From positions 1 through 56,619 of the forward strand of contig DAOUZE010000001.1 in NCBI GenBank assembly GCA_030665765.1: a DNA stretch of 56,619 bases, written 5' to 3'. The stretch comes from Filomicrobium sp. GTDB lineage: Bacteria; Pseudomonadota; Alphaproteobacteria; Rhizobiales; Hyphomicrobiaceae. Both the position numbers and the translations under genes were made by a program. The notes under the pieces were generated by a model. The model was given only the letters and a program-made list of their open reading frames with translations. It was not told the DNA's origin and did no database searches. How positions within the stretch are numbered: the first letter of the stretch is position 1; the number at the start of each line of letters is the position of its first letter. This document shows positions 45,379-55,491 of this stretch, in pieces.

Positions 45379-46560
45379 TTAGCGCTTCAATTCGCCAATG
45401 GCCCGTTCAAGCCCTTCAATCGTTAAAGGGTACATGCGTTCCTGCATCAATTCCCGGATGATTCCGATCGATTGAGTCCAGTTCCATTCCGCTTCTGGTA
45501 CCGGATTGAGCCATACGCAACGGGAGTACATTTCGCTAAGTCTTTGCAGCCAAACCGATCCCGGCTCAGGGTTCATATGTTCGACCGAGCCGCCCGGTAC
45601 AACGATTTCATACGGGCTCATCGAGGCGTCCCCGACAAAAATGACTTTGTAATCGGCCGGATACGTATTGAGCACGTCGAGTGTCGGCACCTTCTCTTTG
45701 CGCCGCCGGGCATTGTCTCTCCAGACATTTTCATAGGGGCAGTTGTGAAAGTAATAGTATTCCAGGTGCTTGAATTCGCTCCGCGCTGCCGAAAACAATT
45801 CCTCGGCGGCCCTCACATGCCAGTCCATTGACCCGCCGACGTCGAAGAACATAAGTACCTTGACGGCATTGCGCCGCTCAGGACGCATTTGAATATCTAA
45901 GAAACCGCGGTTTGCGGTGGCACGTATTGTCTGATCAAGATCGAATTCGTCGGCGGCACCTTCTCGAGCCAACTTGCGAAGCTTGCGCAACACCACCCGC
46001 AGGTTCCGAGTTCCAACTTCGACGCTATCGTCTAGATCCCTGAATTCGCGCTTGTCCCAAACCTTGATGGCGCGTCGATGCCGGCTTTCGTGCTGGCCGA
46101 TACGGATCCCGGCGGGATTATAGCCATAAGCGCCGAAGGGCGAAGTACCCCCGGTTCCAATCATCTTGTTGCCGCCTGCGTGCCGACCTTCTTGCTCCCG
46201 GAGTCGTTGGCGCAACATCTCCATGATCTTGTCCCAGCCGCCCAGCTCCTCTACGCGCGCCATGTCTTCTTCGCTGAGGTTCAACTCGGACGCGGCTTTG
46301 AGCCATTCGAGAGGGATTTCAGTCTTTGCATCGGCTATATCGGCAATGCCAGAATGCCCCTTAAAGACCTGGCCAAAAACCTGATCGAAACGGTCGAGGT
46401 GACGCTCATCCTTAACTAGCGCCGCCCGGGCCAAATAATAGAAATCCTCGACACGGCCGCCAGAAACACCCTTCTGCAGAGCCTCCAAAAGCGTCAGGTA
46501 TTCGCGAAGGCTGACTGGAAGTCTAGCCGCCTTCAATTCATTGAAGAAGGTAACGAACAC
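45379..46560 (-). CDS. vWA-domain protein (CoxE-like), partner type of MoxR ATPases
   Basis: FDVGGSM (MIDAS), H.GGNK.IGTGGTSPFG, YFHNC.YE, VGDASMSPYEI, WLNP. Confidence 0.88.
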   Translation of the reverse strand: MFVTFFNELKAARLPVSLREYLTLLEALQKGVSGGRVEDFYYLARAALVKDERHLDRFDQVFGQVFKGHSGIADIADAKTEIPLEWLKAASELNLSEEDMARVEELGGWDKIMEMLRQRLREQEGRHAGGNKMIGTGGTSPFGAYGYNPAGIRIGQHESRHRRAIKVWDKREFRDLDDSVEVGTRNLRVVLRKLRKLAREGAADEFDLDQTIRATANRGFLDIQMRPERRNAVKVLMFFDVGGSMDWHVRAAEELFSAARSEFKHLEYYYFHNCPYENVWRDNARRRKEKVPTLDVLNTYPADYKVIFVGDASMSPYEIVVPGGSVEHMNPEPGSVWLQRLSEMYSRCVWLNPVPEAEWNWTQSIGIIRELMQERMYPLTIEGLERAIGELKR

Positions 46561-46619
46561 GAGGTCTCCAACTCAGTGCGGGTTTCATTGAGCTCCTACT
46601 TAACATCACAGAGGCGCCA

Positions 46620-46651
46620 CAAACAAAGAAGCCGGCCCTAAGGCCGGCTTC
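46620..46651 (-). terminator. Rho-independent terminator of porin 1
   Basis: 10-bp stem GAAGCCGGCC/GGCCGGCTTC followed by a T-rich run on the minus strand. Confidence 0.75.
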
Positions 46652-46675
46652 CCTGGAAATGAAGAAGGCTTAATC

Positions 46676-48073
46676 TTAGAAGTTGATCAAAGCACCGAAC
46701 TTCACGAGATCGAAGTCTTCGAGATCGTTGTTACCATCGTTGATGTTCAACCCAGCGCAGCCCGTCGCACCAGCGAGACCGCTGTTGCAATCGACGTCGC
46801 CCTGGTAGTGACGCCAGGACAGCCACACCTGCATCGCTGCAGCGTCGATGTTCTGAACGACACCAACCCCGTAGTGATCCAACTGGCTTGAGCTGACACC
46901 AGCATCAAACATCTGAGCGGTGAAGGCGTCTTGCTTCCTGCCATATTCACCATACCAAGTCGTGGAACCAAGCGCGAAGTGCTTCCGCTTCAGGCCAGCC
47001 TTGAAGTACCAGAAGTCAGCTTCAGGGTTAAGCTTACCAGCGCCACGGGCAGAATCTGTGGTGCTGTGATCGTCGTAACCGTAAGCACCGTAGACCCAAA
47101 GACCCGTTGCTACGTGCTCACCATACACACCCGTCTGGAAGAAACCAGCATCAAGTCCACCATTGGCACGACCCTGGGTACCACCAGCGGCAAGGCCAAG
47201 TGCGCCGGCTGTATTAGTCTCGTCTGTCGAGCGATGATAAGCAGCGGCACCAGCAAATTTGAAGCCGCGGAAATCACCAGCGTAACGACCGGACAGTGCC
47301 CAGACGTCATCTTCGCCCCACGAAGCCGACCCGCTAAAGCCAGCGAAAGTTGGCGTGTCGTAACGAACAACGTTGCTCGGCACACCGTCGCAGTCAGGAG
47401 CGGCGCCGCCAAGTCCGTTGATCGTGGCACAGTTGCCAACGTTGCCCCAAGAGAAGGTGTTGTAAGTGCCGTTGGAGCGCGTAATGAAGCCGTTTACGTC
47501 ATAGAGAACGTAGTTAGCCTGAACCAGCGAGCCAGATGCGTCAGGCAAAATCGCCTGGTTGTCCGCAGCCGACGACTGCAGGCCAACACTCACGCGGCCA
47601 AGTCTGTTGCTCTTCAAGTACCAGTAAGCACTTTCAAGCGCCAAAGGACCACCAGGACCACCTTCCAGGAGGTTCATGGCGTTGCCCACGTCATCGTTGT
47701 CCTGCGTAACGAGCAACGAGTCGTTGTTCATGGCTTCGATTTTCATCAAGAAACCAGCGGACCATTCGCTGTTGATCTGGGCCTTACCAGAGAATGCGAA
47801 GTGGCTGCCGATGGAGACCGAACCCGTATCAGTAATGTAGACGTTGCTCTCGTGACCGTCGTCCCAGATCATCACCTGCTGGGCGATGAAACCAGAAACG
47901 GTGAGGGAAACCTTGCGGTTGCCTTTCCGAGCCGTGGTCGCTTCCAATTCAGCGACGCGCTCTTCAAGATCCGCGCAGCAGTCCCCACCAAGGTCAGCAG
48001 CTTGCGCTCCAGTTGCAAAGCTACCCGCCAAAAGGCCGGCGGCCAACAAGGCGCTCAGGCTGTATTTGTTCAT
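46676..48073 (-). CDS. Outer-membrane porin (alphaproteobacterial type)
   Basis: Signal peptide, ADLGGDCCADLEERVAELEATTARKGNRKVSL, amphipathic strands, VRYDTP.FAGF, C-terminal Phe. Confidence 0.85.
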   Translation of the reverse strand: MNKYSLSALLAAGLLAGSFATGAQAADLGGDCCADLEERVAELEATTARKGNRKVSLTVSGFIAQQVMIWDDGHESNVYITDTGSVSIGSHFAFSGKAQINSEWSAGFLMKIEAMNNDSLLVTQDNDDVGNAMNLLEGGPGGPLALESAYWYLKSNRLGRVSVGLQSSAADNQAILPDASGSLVQANYVLYDVNGFITRSNGTYNTFSWGNVGNCATINGLGGAAPDCDGVPSNVVRYDTPTFAGFSGSASWGEDDVWALSGRYAGDFRGFKFAGAAAYHRSTDETNTAGALGLAAGGTQGRANGGLDAGFFQTGVYGEHVATGLWVYGAYGYDDHSTTDSARGAGKLNPEADFWYFKAGLKRKHFALGSTTWYGEYGRKQDAFTAQMFDAGVSSSQLDHYGVGVVQNIDAAAMQVWLSWRHYQGDVDCNSGLAGATGCAGLNINDGNNDLEDFDLVKFGALINF

Positions 48074-48698
48074 TGACTATCTCCTAGTCTGCGTTGGTTA
48101 CTCGTGTTGGCGGACGCTTTAACTCAACGCAAAACAGTTGCCGCACTTGCTCAGCACGGCAGAAACTCTGAACATCACATGCCGCTTGATGACCGAAACT
48201 GCTCGATTCGCTGAATCCCCACAATCGGACTATTCCGCGCTTCGCCAGGTCGAGGACTTGTGTGACCATGCGGCAACTTATTGTGCAACTTGGTCACTAA
48301 CCGAGCGGGGGATACATTAGGCATTGATCCCGAGTTTCAGCGGGAAATGGAAATAAAATATTAACAGATGGCTCGATATGAAATGGTGTGCCCGATTGGG
48401 CGCGGTTCTCTTTGTGTGCGGTCGTTTTGGATGATCTCGTCTCTAAAATGTGGAATTCCCCTTTGACGGGCCAAGCCGCGCCCCGTCCGGGTTGCGAAAC
48501 TGCAGCAAATTCAACTTCGAATCGCATTTCAAATGCGCTCAAGACAGTCGAAGCCCCGTAGTAGTGAATAAGGCATTCCATTGCAGTGCTGCCTGCTCGT
48601 TTGGAAAAACTGCCGGCACAATACGGGCGCCAGGTGGGCAGCGCTCAGCGATTTGGATCGAGCCACGGCCGGCCTGTTCCCTCACCCACGTGCCTACC

Positions 48699-48734
48699 AA
48701 AGAAAAAGGCCACCCCAGTTACCCGGGATGGCCT
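48699..48734 (-). terminator. Rho-independent terminator of porin 2
   Basis: Stem AGGCCACCC/GGGATGGCCT (imperfect) with a T-tract on the minus strand. Confidence 0.6.
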
Positions 48735-48761
48735 GTTATTGCAGTTGTTGGTGGCTTTGGA

Positions 48762-50141
48762 TCAGAAAGCGATCAGAGCGCCAAACTTAATAAGGTCGAA
48801 GGCTTCGAGGCCGTTTTTGCCCTCTTGTAGGCCAGCACCTGCGCAACCCGTTGCTCCATTCAGATTGCTGTTGCAGTTCACATCGCCTTCATAGTGGCGC
48901 CAAGCGAGCCACATCTGCATAGCAGCAGCATCGATGTTCTGCACAACGCCAACGCCGTACTGCTCTAGCTCGGAGCTCGACACACCCGCGTCAAACAGGC
49001 CAGCAGTCATCTTGTCGTCGTTGTTGCCGTATTCGCCGTAAATCGCTGTATCACCATGTGAGAGCCACCGTCGCTTAATGCCAGCCTTAACATACCAGTT
49101 TTCGCCGTCTGGGTTTAGGCGACCAAATCCGCGAGTCGAGGCGGTGACGCTATTATATTCACGTCCGTAGGCACCGTAGAGAAACAGTCCGCTTGGGACG
49201 TGCTCACCGTAAGCACCGGCCTGCAAGTGGCTAGCGTCGAGACCGCCGTTGGCAGTGGCCGGACCGTTGCCAAAAGTAGCGCCGGGGCTGGTTTCATCGG
49301 TATTCTGCAGGTAGGCAACTGCCGAAGCGAACTTGAAGCCGTAGAATTCTCCCGCATAACGTCCGGACACGGCCCAAACGTCATCTTCTCCCCACGAAGC
49401 TGAAGCCCCGAAACCAAAGAACGTGGGAGTGTCATATCGAACGTTGTTGCTCGGGTAACCGTCGCAGTCCGCGGCAACGGCGCCACCGACGGGGTGACAG
49501 TTGGCAAGAGCGCCCCAGTTGAAGTTGGTGTAAGCGCCGCCTGTGCGCGTTATGAAGCCCTGCATGTCATAAAGCACGTAGTTGGCTTGGACGAGCGTCC
49601 CCGATCCATCAGGAAGGATGGCCTGGTTATCGGCGGCAGACGATTGCTGGCCAACGCTAAGGCGGCCTAGCGAATTGCTCTTTAGGTACCAGTAGGCACT
49701 CTCAAGCGCGAGAGGACCATCGGAGCCTTGGACCAAGGCAAGGACGTTGCCGCCTTCGTCTGTATCCTGGCTTACACCTAGCGAGTCGTTGTTCATGGCT
49801 TCGATCTTGAGCAAGAACCCGGCGCTGACGTCGTGTGTGATCTGCGCTTTGCCTGAGAAAGCAAAGTGGGTGCCGATCGAAACCGAACCAGTGTCGGTGA
49901 TGTAGACATTGCTCTCGTTGCCATCGTCCCACCACATGATCTGCTGGGCGACAAAACCGGAAAGTGTCAGGCTGACTTTGCGGTTACCTTTCCGCGCCGT
50001 CGTGGCTTCGAGTTCTGCAACACGCTCTTCAAGGTCCGCGCAGCAATCGCCCCCGAGGTCCGCGGCCAATGCACCCGTAATTCCGAAGCAGCCGGCCAAC
50101 AGGCCCGCTGAAGTAAGGGCGCATACTACATACTTTTTCAT
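48762..50141 (-). CDS. Outer-membrane porin, paralog of 46676-48073
   Basis: Start MKKYVV at 50141; same N-terminal motif and many identical blocks (YITDTGSVSIG, GPLALESAYWYLKSN, SAADNQAILPD, VVQNIDAAAMQ); C-terminal Phe. Confidence 0.85.
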   Translation of the reverse strand: MKKYVVCALTSAGLLAGCFGITGALAADLGGDCCADLEERVAELEATTARKGNRKVSLTLSGFVAQQIMWWDDGNESNVYITDTGSVSIGTHFAFSGKAQITHDVSAGFLLKIEAMNNDSLGVSQDTDEGGNVLALVQGSDGPLALESAYWYLKSNSLGRLSVGQQSSAADNQAILPDGSGTLVQANYVLYDMQGFITRTGGAYTNFNWGALANCHPVGGAVAADCDGYPSNNVRYDTPTFFGFGASASWGEDDVWAVSGRYAGEFYGFKFASAVAYLQNTDETSPGATFGNGPATANGGLDASHLQAGAYGEHVPSGLFLYGAYGREYNSVTASTRGFGRLNPDGENWYVKAGIKRRWLSHGDTAIYGEYGNNDDKMTAGLFDAGVSSSELEQYGVGVVQNIDAAAMQMWLAWRHYEGDVNCNSNLNGATGCAGAGLQEGKNGLEAFDLIKFGALIAF

Positions 50142-50362
50142 TTCCCTACTCCCGTCTAACGGTACTAGGCCGGGAGTACACGAGTTCAACGCCGCACAAA
50201 CCCAACCAAACTCCGACCGACAAGCTAGCGCCCGCTCATACTTGCCGCCGATCGTCGGAGCTACCTATGCAGAAGATTTCGGGCATGAAAACGTATTGAG
50301 CAGCTTGATTGGAGCAATTGAATTCCGTTGTGACTAACGCGCCACTTATTCTCGATTCGGAG

Positions 50363-51448
50363 CTATTGCCCGTCTTCCGACTTCTTTTTCCAGACCCGTT
50401 TCAAGATGTCTGGCCTGAGATCTGGGAATGCTCTGTAGAAGATATGCCGTGAGCGCGGGGGCTTGGCCTCGATAAACGGCAATGGACGGCAGACTGACAG
50501 CGCTGCGACGCCGAGCCGGGCAGTCAGGGCGCCATTGAAGGCTCCTTCGCCGAGCTTTGACGAAACCCGCCGCAACATATCCTGGCCGAGAAACTGCCCC
50601 CATAGATCGTCCGTGAGTGCAATCGCTCCGGTCGCAGCGATGTGACCGATAATCCAAGAAAACAGGCGAAGCCCACCGAAAAAGCCGGGTTGCCCTCCAT
50701 AAACCCCAGCAAGCCGGCGGATCATTCTGAGGTTCTCAAACAGTACAAACAATACCACGACGAAAGCGATCGGAACGACGGCTGTGACAACTCCGACGCG
50801 CCGTGCCGATTCATAAATCACCTGTTGTGCGCGTTTGTCCGGATCTTCCAACAGGACCTTGTCAGCAAGCCCGAGTAGGGATGCCGCACTGCGCATGTGC
50901 CGTTCCTGTTCGCGGAAACGGTCAAGCGCCCAGCGCATGTCCCGCTTACCACCGAGCGAGGATTTTAGCCGCTGCACGGTGCGTTGGGCGAGCTTGAAGT
51001 CCTCTGACGTCGTCGCCTTATTGGCGTCGCTGCGTATGTCCCCCAGCCGCGCGAGCCGCCGGTAACCGAGGAGCTCCCGGATCAGCATCACAGCAAGCGC
51101 CAGGATGATGATCGCCGCTAGGCCGCGGGCCACCCATCCGAGCCAATCATCGCGCAGAAGAGCAACCGAGACAAAGCGCGTGTACCAAAGGGAAAAGGCC
51201 AGGCCAGCCAAGCCGATCGCTGCAGATAAGAACAGGCTTAGCCAACCAAATCGGCCTCTACCGCCGGGCGGTTTTGCGGCTGCATTCCGCGATGCGTCCC
51301 CAAGGCCGGCTTCCGTCGATTCCGTCTCATCCTCACCAACGGAGGCTTCGTACTCTTCCGGCTCCGGGGACTTTGGCTGTGAAACCTTTATAGCCGGATC
51401 ATCGGCATCGAAGGCGCGGGGTTTGCGACCCTCGCTATTGGAAGTCAT
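50363..51448 (-). CDS. ycjF: YcjF family membrane protein
   Basis: RKPRAF start, RVGVVTAV.P, IRRLA..YGG.PG, S.KLGEG..NG.LTARLG.AA..VCRPLPF; overlaps the ycjX stop. Confidence 0.88.
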   Translation of the reverse strand: MTSNSEGRKPRAFDADDPAIKVSQPKSPEPEEYEASVGEDETESTEAGLGDASRNAAAKPPGGRGRFGWLSLFLSAAIGLAGLAFSLWYTRFVSVALLRDDWLGWVARGLAAIIILALAVMLIRELLGYRRLARLGDIRSDANKATTSEDFKLAQRTVQRLKSSLGGKRDMRWALDRFREQERHMRSAASLLGLADKVLLEDPDKRAQQVIYESARRVGVVTAVVPIAFVVVLFVLFENLRMIRRLAGVYGGQPGFFGGLRLFSWIIGHIAATGAIALTDDLWGQFLGQDMLRRVSSKLGEGAFNGALTARLGVAALSVCRPLPFIEAKPPRSRHIFYRAFPDLRPDILKRVWKKKSEDGQ

Positions 51449-52911
51449 GGCAGGTAGTCCTCGAGAAGGAATGCTAAGGCATTGCCCAGCCCGATATGCG
51501 GCCAATTGCCAACACTCAGCGCATCGCCAGTTTTTATCGTGGGCGGCCGGAACCTGACGAACCGGTAGTCCTCTGGCCCCGCCTTTGTCGTGTCGAAGGC
51601 ATCCAGCGGATCAATGGGCAAGTCACCCGGAAAAACGACGGCTGCCTGTTTGCCGTCGAAGCGCCGTCCATTGACGGTCTCACCGGCTTCGGGGACGCCC
51701 CGAATGCAGTGGTAGGTTCCACTTCCCGTCACCCGGTCGACATCCTCGGTGGCCCTTAGTGCCGCGAGCGCGACACATCGAAATCCTGCTCCCGCAGCAC
51801 TCGCCCGCTTGGCAGCCCGTGATACGGCCTTCCCCAGAACGGCCTCGAGCCGATCGTGCGATGTATGGTGGATATGGTCAGCCTTGGTCGCGGCGAAGAC
51901 AATCCGATCGATCCGTCGCGGCAGGAGGAATGACAGCCAACTGTTGGTGCCCGGGCGGAACGCTTTCATGACACCGTCGAGCCCTTGCTCCAGGTTTGCC
52001 AGCGCCTCGGCGCCTCCGTTTAAGGCGGAGAGAGCGTCGATCAGAACGATTTGGCGATCCAACTTACTGAAATACTTTTCAAAGAAGGGCCGCACAATAT
52101 TCTGTTTGTACTTGTCATAACGCTTTGTCAGCAGATCGCTGAGCGATGGAGCCGCTACAGAACCTGGCCTCGCAACTGCTGAGTTCAAGGGAAAGAACGT
52201 CAATTGCGGTGATCCCTCAAGATCGCCAGGCAGAAGGAACCGGCCAGGCCCCAGCGCCGCCCGGGACGGATCAGCTTTGCGCGCCTCTGCAATATAGCTA
52301 GTGTAGAGCTTTGCCCCTTCGATGGCGACTTGCTCATCGAGCGGTCCGGCACCGTCAACACCCTCCAGAAACGTCAAGAAATCATCTGCGTAGGGACGCA
52401 GGCTATCGCTTTTCGCACTGAACAACGCCTCCTTCGACCAGTCCGCGAAACTCTGGTCCAGCAGTCCGAGGTCAATCAGCCATTCGCCGGGATAGTCGAC
52501 GATATCGATATGCAACCTTTGGCGGAAGCCAAACGCCTCTCGGATCGGGTCTTGAGCCGACCATTCAAGTGTTAGCCGCAATTGGCTGATTTTTCGCGTA
52601 CTCTCCGGCCAAACCGGGGGGGCCGAAAAGACCGCCTCCAGATGCTCCTCGTAGGCAAACCGGGGAATGTCGTCGTCCGGTTGTGGTTCTAAATAGGCAC
52701 GGAATCCTTCGATGCCGGAAGTCCGCCGGAACGGCGGTTGCGCAGCCCCTTCAGTCAAGCACCTGACCAAGCCCGTGATAAAGACGGTCTTGCCCGACCT
52801 CGACAGACCGGTGACGCCGAGCCTAATAGTGGGCGTGAAATAGTCGCTCACCGCGATTCCAACGTTGGACAGCACGGCAGCGGGGTCGGAAGGCAATGAT
52901 GGCAGCTTCAA
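51445..52911 (-). CDS. ycjX: YcjX family P-loop NTPase
   Basis: RLGVTGLSRSGKTVFIT, WP.STR.IS, IVDYPGEWL.DL, DRQIVLID, FAATKADH. Confidence 0.92.
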   Translation of the reverse strand: MKLPSLPSDPAAVLSNVGIAVSDYFTPTIRLGVTGLSRSGKTVFITGLVRCLTEGAAQPPFRRTSGIEGFRAYLEPQPDDDIPRFAYEEHLEAVFSAPPVWPESTRKISQLRLTLEWSAQDPIREAFGFRQRLHIDIVDYPGEWLIDLGLLDQSFADWSKEALFSAKSDSLRPYADDFLTFLEGVDGAGPLDEQVAIEGAKLYTSYIAEARKADPSRAALGPGRFLLPGDLEGSPQLTFFPLNSAVARPGSVAAPSLSDLLTKRYDKYKQNIVRPFFEKYFSKLDRQIVLIDALSALNGGAEALANLEQGLDGVMKAFRPGTNSWLSFLLPRRIDRIVFAATKADHIHHTSHDRLEAVLGKAVSRAAKRASAAGAGFRCVALAALRATEDVDRVTGSGTYHCIRGVPEAGETVNGRRFDGKQAAVVFPGDLPIDPLDAFDTTKAGPEDYRFVRFRPPTIKTGDALSVGNWPHIGLGNALAFLLEDYLP

Positions 52912-53088
52912 GAGAGACCTCGCATCGTGAACTTCGTCTTGGCCGATGATCGTTTCAGCGGCAAGCTCCCGGAGTTCGTTTCAACGTTTGTGATCTGAGC
53001 CCTTTCGATATAGCAAACCAAGGCTCCCGTGCTGCTGCGGGCAAAAAGACTTAGGGACCTTCAAGAGATAGCGCCGACACTCGGAATG

Positions 53089-53940
53089 CTAACGCTGCTC
53101 GGATCTGCGTCGCGATAGGAACGCAAGCCTTTCGAACAGCTGCACGTCCTGTTCATTCTTCAGGAGTGCACCGTGCAGCGGCGGTATGAGCTTGCGTGGA
53201 TCTGTTTCGCTCAGCATTTCAGGGGCGATATCCTCGCTCAGCAGAAGCTTAATCCAGTCGAGCAGCTCCGAAGTCGATGGCCTCTTTTTTAGTCCTGGTA
53301 CGTCGCGCAGTTCGAAAAAGACGCGCAACGATTCCGCCACAAGATGTCGTTTCAGCCCGGGGAAATGCACGTCGACAATGTCCCGCATAGTCTCGGCGTC
53401 GGGGAACTTGATAAAATGGAAAAAGCAGCGTCTCAGAAAGGCATCCGGCAGTTCTTTTTCACTGTTCGATGTGATGATCACAATGGGGCGGTGCCGGGCA
53501 CGGATGGTCTCCCCCGTCTCGTAGACAAAGAACTCCATGCGGTCGAGTTCCTGCAAGAGGTCATTGGGAAATTCGATATCCGCCTTATCGATCTCGTCGA
53601 TCAGGAGAACCGGGCGCTGATCCATCTCGAAAGCATCCCAAAGCCGGCCCTTCTTGATGTAGTTGCCGATATTCTCGACGCGTTTGTCGCCGAGCTGGCT
53701 GTCGCGCAGCCGGGAGACGGCATCGTAGTCATAGAGCCCTTGTTGGGCCTTTGTTGTCGACTTGACGTGCCATTCGATGAGCGGCGCTCCGACCGACTTG
53801 GCGACTTCGATCGCAAGCACGGTTTTGCCCGTTCCAGGCTCACCTTTGACGAGCAGGGGTCGCTCCAACGTGATCGCGGCGTTAACGGCAATGCGGAGGT
53901 CGTCGGTGGCAACGTAGCGCGGGCTACCTTCAAATCTCAT
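53089..53940 (-). CDS. MoxR-family AAA+ ATPase
   Basis: GEPGTGKT, KSTTKAQQGLY.YDAVSRLRDSQLG, LLIDEIDKADIEFPNDLL, ELPDAFLRRC. Confidence 0.9.
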   Translation of the reverse strand: MRFEGSPRYVATDDLRIAVNAAITLERPLLVKGEPGTGKTVLAIEVAKSVGAPLIEWHVKSTTKAQQGLYDYDAVSRLRDSQLGDKRVENIGNYIKKGRLWDAFEMDQRPVLLIDEIDKADIEFPNDLLQELDRMEFFVYETGETIRARHRPIVIITSNSEKELPDAFLRRCFFHFIKFPDAETMRDIVDVHFPGLKRHLVAESLRVFFELRDVPGLKKRPSTSELLDWIKLLLSEDIAPEMLSETDPRKLIPPLHGALLKNEQDVQLFERLAFLSRRRSEQR

Positions 53941-54587
53941 GGGAATCCTAACCAGATTGAGTCGGTTGCTCCGGTGGTAGCATCTGAGCGACGACAATCA
54001 AGGCGTGAACGCGCCTCGCCAGGGGCTTATGAGGCCAGACATAAAGACGCCACTCCGGCGTAGGAGATGAATGGCGGTTGAAAAGTGCCGTTACGGTTCG
54101 AGACATCGAAATTGTGGCGCCATCAGAAAATCTCCATTGCAGCGCCGATCTAGTAAGAAATCGGGCAGGAGTATTCGCCTTGTTAATAGTTTCAACGTTA
54201 AGAATATGTCCGCTGAACTCTGTGCAGCCCAGCAACTTTGTGGGGCTAGTCTCGGGTGGAATGTGTTGTCTCACGTTGAGTTCTTGGGAGAGTTAGCGTT
54301 TTGGTTAAGAAAGGCCTGAATTTTCATCGTATTGGCTCTCTGGTCCCGTTTTATCGCGTCTTGCCCCGGATTACTCACTCACTCGTGTCCACCTGCTAGT
54401 TTCCCGTAACTGTTAGAGTTTCTTGACAGTGGCACGCCGCCGCATACATACGGTGCAGCACAAGTTGGGACCACGATAGTAGTTTAGCGCCGATCGTAGG
54501 GTGGACCCCTCGAAATTGAATTTGATCGCACTGCTGGGGCGCGAGTTACCGAAGCATTATTGAGTTGTCCGCCCGTTGGAGGCATCG

Positions 54588-55079
54588 ATGAGCAAACGAA
54601 ATTTTGTTCAAGACGTCGGTCCCAAGCCACTGCGCTCGGGAAACGACACCGATCCGACCAAATCGTCGATCGTCATTGACAAAAACTACCGTCCTAGTGA
54701 GGACGAGCCCTTCATGAACGATCGCCAGAGGGCCTATTTCCGCAGCAAGCTCTTGAAGTGGAAAGAGGACATCATCGTGGAGACACGCGTCACGTTGGTC
54801 GAGCTCACCGCGCAGTCTCAGCAGCATGCTGATCTCGCTGATCGTGCGACCTCCGAGACCGACCGTGCGCTTGAGCTGCGTGCCCGTGACCGTCAGCGCA
54901 AGCTAGTGTCAAAAATCGATGCTGCTCTGGCACGCCTCGATGACGGCACCTATGGCTATTGCGAGGATACGGGAGAGCCGATCGGACTGAAGAGGCTTGA
55001 TGCTAGGCCGATCGCTACACTCTCGCTGGAAGCTCAAGAGCGCCACGAGCGGCGCGAGCGGGTCTACAGAGAAGATTAG
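54588..55079 (+). CDS. dksA: RNA polymerase-binding transcription factor DksA
   Basis: YRPSEDEPFMN.RQ, DLADRA, RDRQRKL..KID.AL, YGYCEDTGEPI...RL.ARP; RBS GGAGG. Confidence 0.93.
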   Translation: MSKRNFVQDVGPKPLRSGNDTDPTKSSIVIDKNYRPSEDEPFMNDRQRAYFRSKLLKWKEDIIVETRVTLVELTAQSQQHADLADRATSETDRALELRARDRQRKLVSKIDAALARLDDGTYGYCEDTGEPIGLKRLDARPIATLSLEAQERHERRERVYRED

Positions 55080-55491
55080 CAGACAGGCCCCAAAAGACGC
55101 CGGTTGGCCAAATAGTCCGGCCGATCCCGGGGCAGAAATTAAGCCCATTTTAACTGCAAGCACGCCATCGTCATTGCCCTGACCAGCGAATCAATCGCGG
55201 GCAGTTTGGGGATGGCGAATGGAACCCGACGTCGCAGAAAAACTGGCAAACCCCAACCGGCACACCCGGCTCTTGCAGATCGGCGCGGCCACCAGCGCCT
55301 TCTCCCTCGCGATTATGTTGACGGTTCTGGCGGGCCGAGACCACCGAACTCCAACGCCAGTTTTTGCCCGGCAGATACCGCTTCAATCATTGGCGGTAGC
55401 GCTCAAACCCACTGAAAGTTTTTCCAATATGAGCCCCGCCACCAAGACAGAACAGCTGGCAAGCACTCGCAACATAACCTCGCATTGAGAA

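Noticed and set aside
46931-48076. 381-aa plus-strand ORF, and the 291-aa ORF at 25637-26512
   Set aside because: They are antisense shadows of strongly codon-biased genes (porin, nirS) and have no recognisable motifs.
54588-55079. DksA lacking the four-Cys zinc finger as a novelty
   Set aside because: One-Cys, zinc-free DksA proteins are already known in Alphaproteobacteria.
55219-55488. 89-aa plus-strand ORF after dksA
   Set aside because: It has one hydrophobic stretch but no recognisable family; it may be real but cannot be supported.
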